From positions 18,723,360 through 18,787,359 of the forward strand of contig NC_043019.1 of assembly GCF_006345805.1 (NCBI RefSeq): 64,000 nt of DNA, in the 5' to 3' direction. Below the pieces are notes generated by a model that made no database searches, was not told where the DNA came from, and saw only the letters and a program-made list of their open reading frames with translations. This stretch comes from Octopus sinensis. Its lineage: Eukaryota. The position numbers and the translations under genes are program-made. Within the stretch, counting starts at the first letter, position 1, and each line of letters begins with the position of its first letter. Below are positions 55,624-62,881 of the stretch, piece by piece.

Positions 55624-57780
55624 TAGGCAGGCAACATTTCTTTTTGCAATATCCATGTTTTCAATGGATTTATCATATATTGTGGAAAACAAAAAGTTTT
55701 ACAGCACTTTCTCTACAAGAATGGTTCCATTGTCTTTTACTATTATTCTCTATCCAACTCCCTTTCTTCACTCAATCTATCTCTCTCTTTCCCCCTCCCT
55801 CCCCCTCCTCTATGTCTCCTTGCCTCTAACTGTCCTGCATTATATTTCTCTTACCTCTCAGCGCTATCAATCTCCCCTCTCTCTCAGTCCCTCTTACTTC
55901 TTCCTCCTTGCTACTTTACCTCTCACTTCAACTATACTTCCTCTGCTTCTATCCCTCCCCTCTCCTGCTTTGCCACTCACTTCAACTATACCTCCTCTTT
56001 TTCTTTGTATCTCTCCCTTCAACCTTTTTACCTCTTTTTTAGAAGTGTGACACACACGACAGGTACGTACAAAAACAAAAAGTTGGTGTATTAACATTAT
56101 TGATAATAATAATAATCCTTTCTACTGGAAGGACAAGGCCTGAAATTTGGGGCAAGAGACTAAGTTGATTACATCGACCCCAGTGTGTAACTGGTACTTA
56201 TTTAATCAACCCTGAAAGGATGAAAGGCAAAATTGACCTTGACGAAATTCAAACTCAGAATGTAGCGACAGGCGGAAATACTGGCAAGTATTTCATCCAT
56301 CCTGCTAACGATTCTGTCAGCCCAATAATATCAATCCTTTTTACTATAGGCACAAGGCCTGAAATTTGGGGGGAGGGGACTGGTTGATTACACTGACCTC
56401 ATTGTTTCACTGGTACTAAATTTATCAACACTGAAAAGATGAAAGGTAAAGTCAACCTCGGCAGAATTTGAACTCAGAATGCAGTGACTGACGGAATACC
56501 GCTAAGCATTTCATCCAGTGTGCTAACAATTCGTCAGCTAGCCACCTTAATAATAATAATAATAATAATAATGAAATCATCAAGTGCTGGAACTAAAAAG
56601 TTAACAAGGTTGTGATATTAGATTCAAATTTTGGCATAAGGCCAGCACTTTTGAAGGAGGAGTTAAGTCGATTACATCAACCCCAGTACTCAACTGGTAC
56701 TTAATTTATCAACCCTGAAAGGATGAAAGATAAAGTTGACCTCAGAATGTTAAGACAGACAAAATGCTGTTGAACATTTTAGTCTGGTGTGCTAACAGTT
56801 CTGTTAGCTCCCTACCCTAAACAAGGTTAGGATATTGCTGGGGCCTTGGAAACAGTGACAAAGGAAATATCTGAGAAGCCTTGAAAAAAATTGACCTTAA
56901 CCTAGGAAAAGATGCAATGCAAAGGATTATTCGAAATTCTCAGTACAATGTAAAAATGTAAGAATCAGAGAAAAAACTCTTCTGCAGAATGCACGAAATG
57001 CTTAACCAAGAGTTGATGGGAAGCAAAATGAAACTAGGCATGAAACAACAGAAAATGGTATTTCTTTCTACTCGGGGCACAGAGCTCGAAATTTTGTGGG
57101 AGAATGTTAATTGATTACATTGACCTCAATGTTGGCAAAATAGTGGAATTTGAACTCAGAATGTAAAGGCAGGAGAAATGTCGCTAAACATTTTGTCTGG
57201 TTTGATAAAGATTCTCCCCACTCATGGCCTTGAAAGTGATGACGATGATGACTCACAATGTTAGAATCCAAAAAGTATTTCAGGTACAGCCCACATCCTA
57301 CACAAAACACTGCACACAATCACACATCGTACACAATAAAATTATACAAGCACCACTCCCAGTTATTCAATCAGCAACACCAACAGCTGACACTCTAAGT
57401 GCGACACATTTAATGCAAAACGGAACCAACACCACCACCCCAATGACTGCCTTACACCGAAACACATAATCCCAATCCTGCAACAAATACAAAAACATCA
57501 CCACAAAGCAAAACAACACACACAGCAGATACTTTACTGAAGAAACATTAAAATATTAAGAGAAACACAAACCAAACCTCTTGGAAAAGCAAAAGTGTTA
57601 TCCTATGTTAATTCAGGCCTAAACTTCCAAAACACAAGAGTTAGGAGCAAGGAGGTGCACCTGATGATGCAGCAGAAACTGACATGAAATTGTCAGAATG
57701 AACCTTGTTGGTTAACATTCCATATTATAGCAGCAGGCTGCCCTATACCTTGTGAATGAAGTCAGTAGACAGAAGCCTGT

Positions 57781-57830
<50 letters not shown>

Positions 57831-60467
57831 AAAGCAGAAAATGGAGAAAACTTTCAGATCAACAAACAAATTAATCACATTGGTTAATTATTTTTTAATA
57901 CAAAACATAACATAACATTAAATAACATTTCTTACGGCCGTTTCAGCTACCGATGTCAGTCGGTGCTTACAAAGAAAATTCCGAAAATAATATTCGCCAT
58001 CTTTATAGCACATTCAATCTAATTTATGGAGCTTCATCAGAGTGAATACAAATACGAAACAACCGAACAAACTCAGACACAACACAGAGGCCTAAATCAA
58101 GTGCCTGGAGGAGGTAGTGCTGCCCTGGGTGAAGAGGGTGACTGCGGGAAGACCTTATGTCTGGCAACAAGACTCTGCATCATGCAACACAAGCTGGAGA
58201 ACCCAGTCATGGCTGTTTGGTAATTTCTGCAAACACGCTACCCTTAACATCTGGCCACCTAACTTCCCAGACTGCAACCCCCTTAATTATTATGTGGGGG
58301 GGGGTAGTTGAGCAAGAGACCAACAAAACTCCTTGTAACACCAAAGATGAACTGAAGGCAAGGATTATGGCAGCATTTACCAAACTTAAGCAAGGAGACC
58401 GTCCAGAAGAGTTGCAAGAGATTCCGAAGTAGTGTGGAAGGTGCAGTTAAAGCCAAAGGTAATTTTATTGAATAAATTTACTCTTTAGTATTTCAAGATA
58501 TCTTTATGTAATTTTGGTAAATATATCTGTTAAAATGAGATGTCAGTGTTATTTTCATTTTTGCATAATTTAAATGACCATTTATTCACCGCACCCTGTA
58601 TATTACTGCCACCACCACCACCACCACCAACATCCTCATCATCATCCTCATCAAACATCCACTCTCCTGTACTTGTTTGAGTCAGACCAAATTTCTTTCT
58701 TGAGGTAGATTTTCAATGGTCAGCTGCCCTTCCTATCATCAACTGTCACATTTTCTCTATCAGAGTAACAATCACCCAGTCTATTAAGCAACAGACAGGT
58801 GAAGACCAACCTCTTTATGCTTACAAAGATCATACAATGCATCAAGACATGTCAAGAAGCGTGGAGGCTCTTTCATGGTTGATTACAAGTATTATGTTGC
58901 CAATAAAATGAAGCCTGAATTACATCCACAGAAACAAAGAGGCTGAAATCAAATGGAAATCATGAAAATCTAAATAAAACATGACAGCCTCACAAATAGA
59001 AAATGCTATAAATGGACAAGAGGGGAACTGTTTCTACACCACAAGCATATCTACTCTAAAATACTAAAACTACACCAATTTTCCAGTACAAAATTTGGAA
59101 GAAAAAGAAGAATACAAAAAATAACTTTTGTTTCCAACAGACAAACTAATTTAAGTAATATATTTTATGGTATATAAGACACACTCACCCAGGGTCCTAT
59201 ATGTGAAGTTGGGTCCTTTGTTACGTGATTCAACGTATTAAAACCTTTTCTGAATATGTACAGCTGAAATCGAGGGGCACTTAATATTCCGGTGGCTCTT
59301 TTATTCCATCAAATATGGTATATTCATTCTCAAAACCAAAACATAGAACAGGTGTGGGAGTGTGGTAAGAACCTGCTGTGTGACACCTTGGGAAAGTGCT
59401 TTCTGTTATAGCTTTGAATCAACCAAAGCTTTGTGAATGAATTTGGTAGATGGAAACTGAAAGAAGCCCATCGTGTGTGTGTGTATCCTTGTCTTGATAT
59501 CAAGAGATGGCTGTAAACAAGCATAACCATCATACAAGCAGTGTCCTTCACTTCTAATTTTCAGTGAAAAACATGTCTGGCCATGGGGAAATATAACTTT
59601 TGCTTGGAAACAGGTAAGGGTTGGTGGCAGGAAGGGCATCCAGCTGAAGAAAATCTGCCTCAATAAATTCTGCCAGACCCATGCAAGCATAGAAAAGTGG
59701 ACATTGAATAATGATGATGACAGTGAAAATGATGGAAGAATTAAATTCAACAGATCATTCCGTGATGCACTGAAAGTATTTCCAAGGATAAAATTTCATG
59801 ATCAAGAAGAAAACATAGGTTTGGCCATTACAGATTTAATGTAAACATGCATAAAAATCATTAGAAGCCGGCTAACCAAAATATTATATTCTGCAACCGG
59901 AATGTTGACAAATGTTGGCAGAAGACCAGCATGTCCCTCAAGAGAGGGATTAAGTTGAATTTGGGAGGGAGGGGGGAGAGGTTAGTCAATTACATTGACC
60001 CTAATGCATAACCGGTATTTATTTCATTAACCCAAAAAGGATGAAAGACACGGTTGACCTCAGTGGAATTTGAACTCAGAACATAAAGATGGATGAAGTA
60101 GCGCTAAGCATTGTGTCCAGTGTGGTAACCATTCTGCCAGTTCCCCACCTTAAATACAAGAGAAATATCACATAAAAAAAAAACATGTCTGAAATTCAAG
60201 ATTGCTTGAAACAAAAGTTTCTAATGAAATCACAAAGAATCCATCGTTATAGAAATTCAGGGGGAAATAAGGGCACATCAAACCCCTGCTATCAGCTTCA
60301 AAACTCTAATTATCACCAACTCCAATCTTTAAACCTTCTTCAACCTGCAATAAATAGAGACAAGATGAAAGCTTATAGCTCTTTACTTACCTCAGTGTCA
60401 GCATAAGGTGAAGCTGCTCTTGCGTAGGTCAAGACTTCAATTAAAAGCTTGTCCAGATTAGCTATAG
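853..60467 (-). CDS. TRANK1: TRANK1-like (TPR + ankyrin + UvrD/SF1 helicase) gene, partial 19-exon model; both ends probably outside the modelled span
   Basis: Helicase motifs in order: GRSGTGKT (I), HQLFISRN (Ia), IYVDEVQD (II), TGDTAQSI (III), LTCNYRSH (IV), TIAESKGLEF (V), LYTALTRAK (VI). TRANK1-typical YFPESFD...GPKP...IEFGAQQ and upstream ankyrin/TPR-like exons. Exons have GT-AG ends and compatible phases, checked by hand. Confidence 0.9.
3004..3109 (-). CDS. TRANK1: TRANK1-like exon (VTDEWRIITSYLQEII...)
   Basis: ttacAG acceptor, G|GTgaat donor; 106 nt, phase 0 to 1, fits both neighbours. Confidence 0.85.
4347..4484 (-). CDS. TRANK1: TRANK1-like exon, helicase motif V (AILV...VLTIAESKGLEFNDILLYNFFKDS)
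   Basis: tttcAG acceptor, GTacag donor; 138 nt, phase 0 to 0. Confidence 0.9.
4686..4917 (-). mobile_element. 5' part of a non-autonomous Helitron-like element (same family as 16529..16929)
   Basis: Near-identical to about 16708..16929 (AGCAACTGGTTGTTTTAATGG...CCATGTCCAATTTATATTA). Confidence 0.65.
4942..5680 (-). mobile_element. Two tandem 3' fragments of an RTE-clade LINE or related SINE with (GAT)n tails
   Basis: Minus strand KHDLQALGLTEATTKD*DLWRYAV (end of ORF), minisatellite 3' UTR (GTGGCACGTAAAAAGCACC units), ends GGACGTTAAACGATGATGATG; same 3' end as 47330..48730. Confidence 0.75.
5718..5880 (-). mobile_element. tRNA-derived SINE (further copies about 26645-26764 +, 27960-28065 -, 29167-29325 -, 59350-59473 +)
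   Basis: Recurrent sequence GTGGTTAAGAAGTTTGCT...CTTGGGCAAGTG(T/C)CTTCTACTA...GGTAGA(C/T)GGAAACTGAA, flanked by (CA/TG)n. Confidence 0.7.
6491..6647 (-). CDS. TRANK1: TRANK1-like exon not in the ORF track (YFPESFDKTEKDFGTYEGPKPKIFEFCSDEDLAMLLGGDKQTTDLIEFGAQQ)
   Basis: Manual translation of the minus strand; tatAG acceptor, CAG|GTatgt donor; 157 nt, phase 2 to 0. Confidence 0.9.
7160..7587 (-). CDS. TRANK1: TRANK1-like exon, helicase motifs II-IV (YVDEVQDF, TGDTAQSI, NYRSHSG)
   Basis: Within ORF 7069..7644; ttgcAG acceptor, AG|GTatgt donor; 428 nt, phase 0 to 2. Confidence 0.92.
7920..8885 (-). mobile_element. 5'-truncated CR1-clade LINE (RT C-terminus, 3' UTR, (ATT)n tail)
   Basis: ORF 8074..8820: ERDLGVIVDSDL, VRPHLEF..VWNPY...LEAVQQRATK, TRGH; upstream degenerate DIKLY. 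Confidence 0.88.
9180..9700 (-). mobile_element. Degenerate R4/Dong-like (RLE-group) non-LTR retrotransposon, post-RT segment
   Basis: Manual translation: NKTLRHNAFSVPELIPAFGILDWSLEEV...KTHKIL..*GFHRNSDINRLYLRRSDRARSL. Confidence 0.6.
9803..9878. repeat. (TATG)n microsatellite
   Basis: Seen directly; one of many (TA)n, (CA)n, (TAA)n and (GA)n tracts in the window. Confidence 0.95.
10388..10464 (+). ncRNA. Type I hammerhead-ribozyme-like motif with intact core
   Basis: ATCACA-CTGATGA-tcta..tagt-GAAA-CAATTG-TT-TGTGAT: perfect 6-bp stem I, conserved boxes, palindromic stem III, GUU cleavage triplet. Confidence 0.65.
11031..11656 (-). CDS. TRANK1: TRANK1-like exon (acidic patch, motif Ia HQLFISRN, ...WTEIMSIIKGS...GKKQAPNF)
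   Basis: Within ORF 10896..11723; atcAG acceptor (NAGNAG possible), AAG|GTttgt donor; 626 nt, phase 1 to 0. Confidence 0.88.
12623..13201 (-). CDS. TRANK1: TRANK1-like exon with Walker A (IIVLGRSGTGKTTCCLYRLW)
   Basis: Within ORF 12585..13220; ttttAG acceptor, G|GTgaga donor; 579 nt, phase 1 to 1. Confidence 0.92.
13356..14690 (+). mobile_element. Penelope-like element, degenerate C-terminal half (RT thumb/linker and GIY-YIG endonuclease)
   Basis: CSCRVKSLCPLLGKC, NVIYKC...FIYIG, LSSKISELK...LKWDII...CELCSMETYEI; frameshifts and stops. Confidence 0.8.
15330..15490 (-). mobile_element. Penelope-like fragment
   Basis: LIRQHFP....FDAQNVKVSYSCLNNM, the typical PLE linker motif. Confidence 0.65.
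15626..16333 (-). CDS. TRANK1: TRANK1-like exon: K/S/E-rich linker, poly-Asp tract, RelE-like segment (WKVICTQDVW...SRIIWQLTI)
   Basis: Frame of ORF 15474..16169 stays open upstream to the taacAG acceptor at 16334-35; G|GTagga donor; 708 nt, phase 1 to 1. Confidence 0.85.
16529..16929 (-). mobile_element. Non-autonomous Helitron-like element
   Basis: On the minus strand it starts TCTCTAATATATAA and ends GC-rich subterminal tract-GCTGCTAGT; a second partial copy is at 4686..4917. Confidence 0.65.
17600..18300 (-). mobile_element. Penelope-like GIY-YIG fragment with 3' region
   Basis: ORF 17882..18229: KRISNHYLSF...STGLSKLVWYLK...LDWFIL...CNICNSELFHI; downstream CTGATGA box at 17605-17611. 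Confidence 0.8.
18402..19265 (+). mobile_element. Non-autonomous Helitron
   Basis: 5' TCTCTATATATATAAA with (TGTC)n, 3' hairpin CCCGGGCAACGCCGGG (19237-52) then CTAGT. Confidence 0.8.
20870..21750. repeat. Degenerate tandem array (about 4 units) with CA-rich cores; SINE 3' piece at about 21626-21705
   Basis: Recurrent GTTTAATAAC(G)TACCTAA..GAAAGACACACAC...CAAAATGTGACGT; AAATGTCCTGTTGACAATAGAAAGATT occurs twice. Confidence 0.6.
22219..22790 (+). mobile_element. Highly degenerate Tc1-like transposase relic
   Basis: TA-CAGGGTGTCCC start; EKKEMVKLLGEG..., TNRDKRKLKRII, W...YLKTDFRNVIF..DGANGW. Confidence 0.55.
23019..23489 (+). mobile_element. Non-autonomous Helitron, same termini as 18402..19265
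   Basis: A|TC start, shared 5' region of more than 200 bp, 3' CTTACATACCCGGGCAA...GCTGCTAGT|T. Confidence 0.8.
23814..23978 (-). CDS. TRANK1: TRANK1-like low-complexity linker exon (PSEDTTSKPQNGSHGDG...TQETPAGDG)
   Basis: tattttAG acceptor, G|GTaagg donor; 165 nt open, phase 1 to 1. Confidence 0.75.
24078..24430 (+). mobile_element. tRNA-derived SINE-like repeat (uninterrupted copy of the element hosting the Tc1 at 52787)
   Basis: A-box TGGCCTAATGG and B-box GGTTCAATTCC; colinear similarity with about 52690-52786 plus 53868-54050. Confidence 0.6.
25332..25695 (-). mobile_element. RTE 3'-end-type repeat (other copies about 3390-3585 +, 39640-40018 +, 46105-46600 -, 46715-46851 +, 50236-50371 +, 61865-62080 -)
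   Basis: Shared TTAGGAAGGGCATC(C/T)AGC(C/T)GTAGAAA...GCATGGAAA..GGA(C/T)GTTAAA(C/T)GATGATGAT. Confidence 0.75.
26246..26608 (-). mobile_element. Near full-length tRNA-derived SINE, Octopus OR-like (partial copies about 12115-12335, 38306-38566, 55170-55322)
   Basis: Minus strand GGAGGCGCAATGGTCCAGTGGTTAAGG (A box) ... GTTTTGATTCCC (B-box-like); conserved body found in four copies. Confidence 0.75.
28730..29145 (-). mobile_element. Two tandem degenerate copies of another SINE-like repeat
   Basis: TTTTAC(T/C)TGTTTCAGT....GAC(T/G)GTGGCCA(T/A)GCTGGGGCAC occurs twice; its reverse complement is at 21655-21700. Confidence 0.6.
29510..29522 (-). CDS. TRANK1: Candidate 13-nt micro-exon (AAAACAACTTCAG; KTTS)
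   Basis: Long pyrimidine tract, ttttctAG acceptor, CAG|GTaagg donor; gives the phase 0 to 1 change needed between flanking exons. A competing AG lies 11 nt upstream. Confidence 0.45.
30000..30408 (+). mobile_element. 3' relic of a Tc1/mariner-superfamily element (WPPRSPDL-type)
   Basis: LPNRWIG...WPERSLDLT..DFFLWKY; ends ATACCCTG, a TIR-like end. Confidence 0.6.
30413..31702 (+). mobile_element. Near full-length degenerate mariner (DD34D) element
   Basis: TIR pair TCATCCCATAAATAATG / CATTATTTCTGGGATGA; transposase from ATG 30594 with WVPHKL, VTGDEKW, HQDNA*PH, PDIAPSD*HLF; several stops. Confidence 0.9.
31712..32253 (-). mobile_element. Internally deleted mariner of another subfamily
   Basis: VITGDKSWVCGYDPKIKAQSLQW and the C-terminal KCVALEEEYFEGD. 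Confidence 0.7.
32330..32830 (+). mobile_element. Degenerate RLE-group non-LTR fragment (CCHC knuckle)
   Basis: CKLCGINIEDVIHTLSSC. Confidence 0.5.
33126..33177 (-). CDS. Alternative candidate 52-nt exon (VTFPFMAAFQPTSPSEE)
   Basis: gtttccAG acceptor, weaker T|GTaacc donor; open, phase 0 to 1. Confidence 0.3.
33664..33914 (-). CDS. TRANK1: TRANK1-like exon, TPR-like helices (...LCATRASLLFVTGFTETAEKDLAEATKYC)
   Basis: Within ORF 33565..33927; ctgtAG acceptor, AAG|GTttgg donor; 251 nt, phase 1 to 0. Confidence 0.7.
36010..36578 (+). mobile_element. R4/Dong-like retrotransposon 3' end (RLE domain) flanked by (TAA)n
   Basis: ORF 36051..36449: CLLIDMTVP....KLSKYKDLEIEI.KMW...IPVVIGALG. Confidence 0.8.
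36579..37687 (+). mobile_element. Second 5'-truncated R4/Dong-like element (LHGQF, AQDQAL, CCHC, RLE) ending in (TAA)n
   Basis: ORFs 36805..37038 and 36977..37573: CSMC..ESVTHIVSAC, RRHDKVA, IIDVAVP, EKVDKY. Confidence 0.85.
38899..39147 (-). CDS. TRANK1: TRANK1-like ankyrin exon (NINVVNARNETLLHSL...LLLKKG...KDSQGRKAEDL)
   Basis: Ankyrin consensus; caccAG acceptor, A|GTaaga donor; 249 nt, phase 1 to 1. Confidence 0.85.
41257..41284 (+). ncRNA. Decayed minimal hammerhead-like motif
   Basis: CTGACaA-AGAGCTCTGCTC-aAAA-CGTTA; both departures from CTGACGA and CGAAA are CpG-to-CpA changes. Confidence 0.4.
42397..42707 (-). CDS. TRANK1: TRANK1-like exon with an internal frameshift (5' frame FLLEK..SWPMLHFLLSG; 3' frame DKSSALELLMNLLRNG...LQLTLDIG)
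   Basis: gctgcAG acceptor, G|GTaaca donor; 311 nt where phase 1 to 1 needs 312; the entry frame hits TAA at 42481-83. Confidence 0.75.
44860..44968 (-). CDS. TRANK1: TRANK1-like exon (SRAKTIQSEPTQDTFVFLDFLENTLRSRCTIKQLDN)
   Basis: Long poly-T tract and ccaAG acceptor, G|GTaagt donor; 109 nt, phase 0 to 1. Confidence 0.75.
45380..45710 (+). mobile_element. Degenerate RLE-domain 3' fragment
   Basis: RPNMIV..., GVFGTTPK...QKSTVLYSARILRKIF. Confidence 0.55.
45844..46010 (-). CDS. TRANK1: TRANK1-like exon, TPR-like (KSAINKNNYECAAVQCRRG...YYQGLYA)
   Basis: ttgtAG acceptor, GCT|GTaagt donor; 167 nt, phase 1 to 0. Confidence 0.75.
47330..48730 (-). mobile_element. 5'-truncated RTE-clade LINE (RT, Cys/His insert, C-terminus, 3' UTR)
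   Basis: QFSFVSGRSTTDHIF..RQLQEK, AFVDLE..FD, GVQQGSVL, LLYADD, RLRWYGHV. Confidence 0.88.
49986..50186 (-). CDS. TRANK1: TRANK1-like ankyrin-like exon (QLDATDRNKQTAFERI...EVLTLLLNKD)
   Basis: tttttcAG acceptor, C|GTaaga donor; 201 nt, phase 1 to 1. Confidence 0.75.
51108..51428 (-). CDS. TRANK1: TRANK1-like exon (DWHVLTLLLLG...KILVNGA...PALHVAAEI)
   Basis: (CT)n-cAG acceptor, G|GTgagg donor; 321 nt, phase 1 to 1; ankyrin-like PALHVAA. Confidence 0.8.
51545..51738 (-). mobile_element. SINE with Nin-domain-like core, Octopus OK-like (copies about 39240-39437, 57060-57225, 59960-60150, 63535-63640 +)
   Basis: Minus strand TTCTGAGTTCAAAT..C...GGTC.ACTTT(G/A)CCTTTCATCCTTT.GGGGTCGAT..AATAAGTACCAG. 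Confidence 0.75.
52787..53867 (-). mobile_element. Tc1-like DNA transposon with TIRs and TA target duplication; transposase disrupted and C-terminally deleted
   Basis: TA|CAGGGGTTGACAAAATAATGGAAACACCTAA ... TTAGGTGTTTCCATTATTTTGTCCAACCCCTG|TA; ORFs 53185..53676 (HTH, VIFSDKS) and 52752..53120 (FQDDNAP, WPPQ). Confidence 0.93.
54424..54568 (-). CDS. TRANK1: TRANK1-like exon not in the ORF track (CLHKSVEMAKEKGAEQTLHCLLNIYP...LDILRP)
   Basis: tttgtAG acceptor, CAG|GTaagt donor; 145 nt open, phase 0 to 1. Confidence 0.75.
56113..56816 (-). mobile_element. Three tandem same-orientation copies of the Nin-like SINE
   Basis: Core CTGGTACT..TTTA(A)TCAAC.CTGAAA(G/A)GATGAAAG at about 56190, 56410 and 56695; (TAA)n tracts around them. 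Confidence 0.8.
57661..57698 (+). ncRNA. Decayed hammerhead-like motif downstream of a possible Penelope relic
   Basis: CTGATGA-tgcag..ctgacat-GAAA-ttg-TC; stems imperfect. Confidence 0.35.
57927..58046 (-). ncRNA. Type I hammerhead-ribozyme-like motif with intact core, sense to the host pre-mRNA
   Basis: Minus strand CTGATGA-AGCT...(long loop containing an ACCGA/TCGGT hairpin)...AGCT-GAAA-CGGCCG-TA; stem I weak. Confidence 0.55.
58081..58598 (+). mobile_element. 3' half of a maT/DD37D-like Tc1/mariner element
   Basis: RPYVWQQDSA...TQSWL...WPPNFPDCNPLNYY; ends CACCCTG|TA. Confidence 0.75.
60391..60467 (-). CDS. TRANK1: TRANK1-like exon (IANLDKLLIEVLTYARAASPYADTE), most 5' exon found
   Basis: ttttttgtAG acceptor, GAG|GTaagt donor; 77 nt, phase 1 to 0. 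Confidence 0.7.
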
Positions 60468-61169
60468 CTACAAAAAAATAAATAGATAAATAAAAGGCAA
60501 TTATTATTAATTTAATGGTTTTCTTTTAATCGATAAACTTACATGTGGTGCCCTCTGGCTACAACTATCAATACAAGGGAGATAACCATCCCCTAACATG
60601 ACTGATTAGGAATATGAATTTGAAATTAAGGAAAACTAAGATGCATAGAGTTCATATATTTAATTTTTTTCCCTGTTACAAAGTTCTTAGTTTGGTAGTA
60701 ATCATGTACAGCACTATTTCATTCTTTCTAAAAAATCAGCAGCATGATTTAACTTATTACTTACTAATTAGTTACAAAGAGAGACATTTCATTAAAATTA
60801 AAGATGAAATTGATTACAATCTTTTTTCAAATTGGCTGTAAATACCATCTCCCTTATTTGACAAGGGGTTTCATGGCAGAGTCACTAATGGCAACGTGTT
60901 TATTTGAAATGTGTACATGTAAAATTGACAGAGTCTAATTTCGGTGCTGGAATAGTATGCAGTCTACCATTGTTGTCAAACAGTGTAGCCAGAGTTATCT
61001 ACCTTAAACGTTCAGTTAAAGGAATCCGATTTTTCCATTGTACGGACATTAACAACAAATTAAACTGCAAGCTGAGCCTGAGTGAGATTTCAGAACTAAG
61101 ATTTTTCTTGGTCGTGGATCACAGCAGTGACTCTGACGGGAAAATCTAAAAATACAATAACTGACTGGT

Positions 61170-61660
61170 GCAATATGTGCCACGAGGTGTGTGGGGCCAT
61201 AGTTTATCATGAACGGCGAGGGAAGATGGTTGGAACAAACGATAACCCCGTTCAGATTGATGAAGCAAGATTTGTTGGTTGACGAAAATACAATCAAGGA
61301 AGAATACTGAATGGCGACAATACTCCTCTCTTTGAAGACAGTGATGCAGAACAAGGAAACGACAGGAACCATGGATGTAGAATTGATGGGCCATGGGCTT
61401 TTGGTCTCAAACAAGGCTCAGACTGTTGATATTTTTGTGTGGAATGGCGTGGCGGGAACAGTCTGATCCCAATTATTGAGAGAGAATGTGGAAAAAGTTC
61501 AGTAATTAATTCAGTTAAGTGGCCCGTTTATGATAATTTAAAATGCCTTAGGTTATCACCATCTGATAGTGAACCATCAACGACATTATGTGGATCCAGT
61601 GACCTGAGCACAGGGACAGGCCATTGAGCGATCATGGTTAAATGCAAAAACTATGATTCT
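61170..61660 (+). mobile_element. Merlin (IS1595/ISXO2-like DDE) transposase relic
   Basis: Manual translation: VQIDEARFVG*RKYNQGR...GPWAFGL...LIPIIERE...W..Y..L, GYHHLIVNH...YVDP.T....QAIERSW. Confidence 0.75.
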
Positions 61661-62105
61661 GAACCAAAAAAAATGATCTCTGATATATCTGAAAGATAAG
61701 GGAGACAACCCTGTTTGACACCATGGTCGACCGCCTGCTATACTAGCACCCTCACTTTTTACTATTTAGTGTCAAAGCCTTGCCAGGAATTCCCAGACTG
61801 ATGAAGTCAGTTTAGCTGACATTCAGCTTGGATTTCTATGTGTAAGGAAAAATCGGGCAATGATTGCATCATCATTTAATGTCTATGTTCCATGCTGATA
61901 TCGGTCGGACCATTTGACAGGATCTGACAAGCCAAAGAACTACACTGTGCTCCAGTGTTTCTTTAACATGGTCCATATGGCCGGATGCTCTTCTTAACCC
62001 CAACCACTTACACCATGTATTGAGTGCCTTTTTCATGCCACCAGTACTACTGAGGTGGCCATGCAGCTTGCAAGACTAGAAATCTTAATTCGGAAAGAGA
62101 GAGAG

Positions 62106-62171
<66 letters not shown>

Positions 62172-62881
62172 ACTAAGAGTGAAAACTTTCTTAGCCTTTT
62201 CAGAAAGCATAATTGTGAGTTTTAAACACCAAAGTGCTAAAACATAGATTCATAATAAACGAATGGGAAGACGGAAATTCACAGACCTGACAGAAGCATA
62301 AAATTCCTTGTGCTTCTCCGGCCACTGCTGTAGGCTTTGACTTGAGTCTTAACAGAAGAAATCAAAGACTATCCTACGCAACTTTCCTCTTTTGTCAAAT
62401 TTTTCCTACTTGTAACATAAAACATGTACTTGTTGACTTAGATGAAGGTTTTGAAACAAAGTCAAAATTGATGCTGATCTAGATAAGATATGGAAGAATT
62501 GTTATTGTCCCCATCTTCAGTCTTCTCCAGACAAGAGCAGGAAGGACTAGTTTACAATGCATGTTTGCTAGAATGGCACCATCACAAAGTCACTGAAACC
62601 AATTCCTGTCAATAATTTCTCCCAAACTTTATCAATATCCTCCCTCACTTTCACCCAACCTCACCTTCCTCCCACTCTCAGTTTCTTCCTCTCTCTCTTC
62701 CTCTCCTCCTCTTCCTATCACTATCACATTCTACATTTGCCTTACTCACCTCTCCCTCGTCCTCCTTGCCCTCCCTCTGCCATTAAAACAATACAAACAC
62801 ACAGAAACAAACCTCTATTTCCAGAATAAAATGCCATCTTTGTCACTCTGTCTCTTCTTCCTGATTCCGGTCCAGTTGTTT

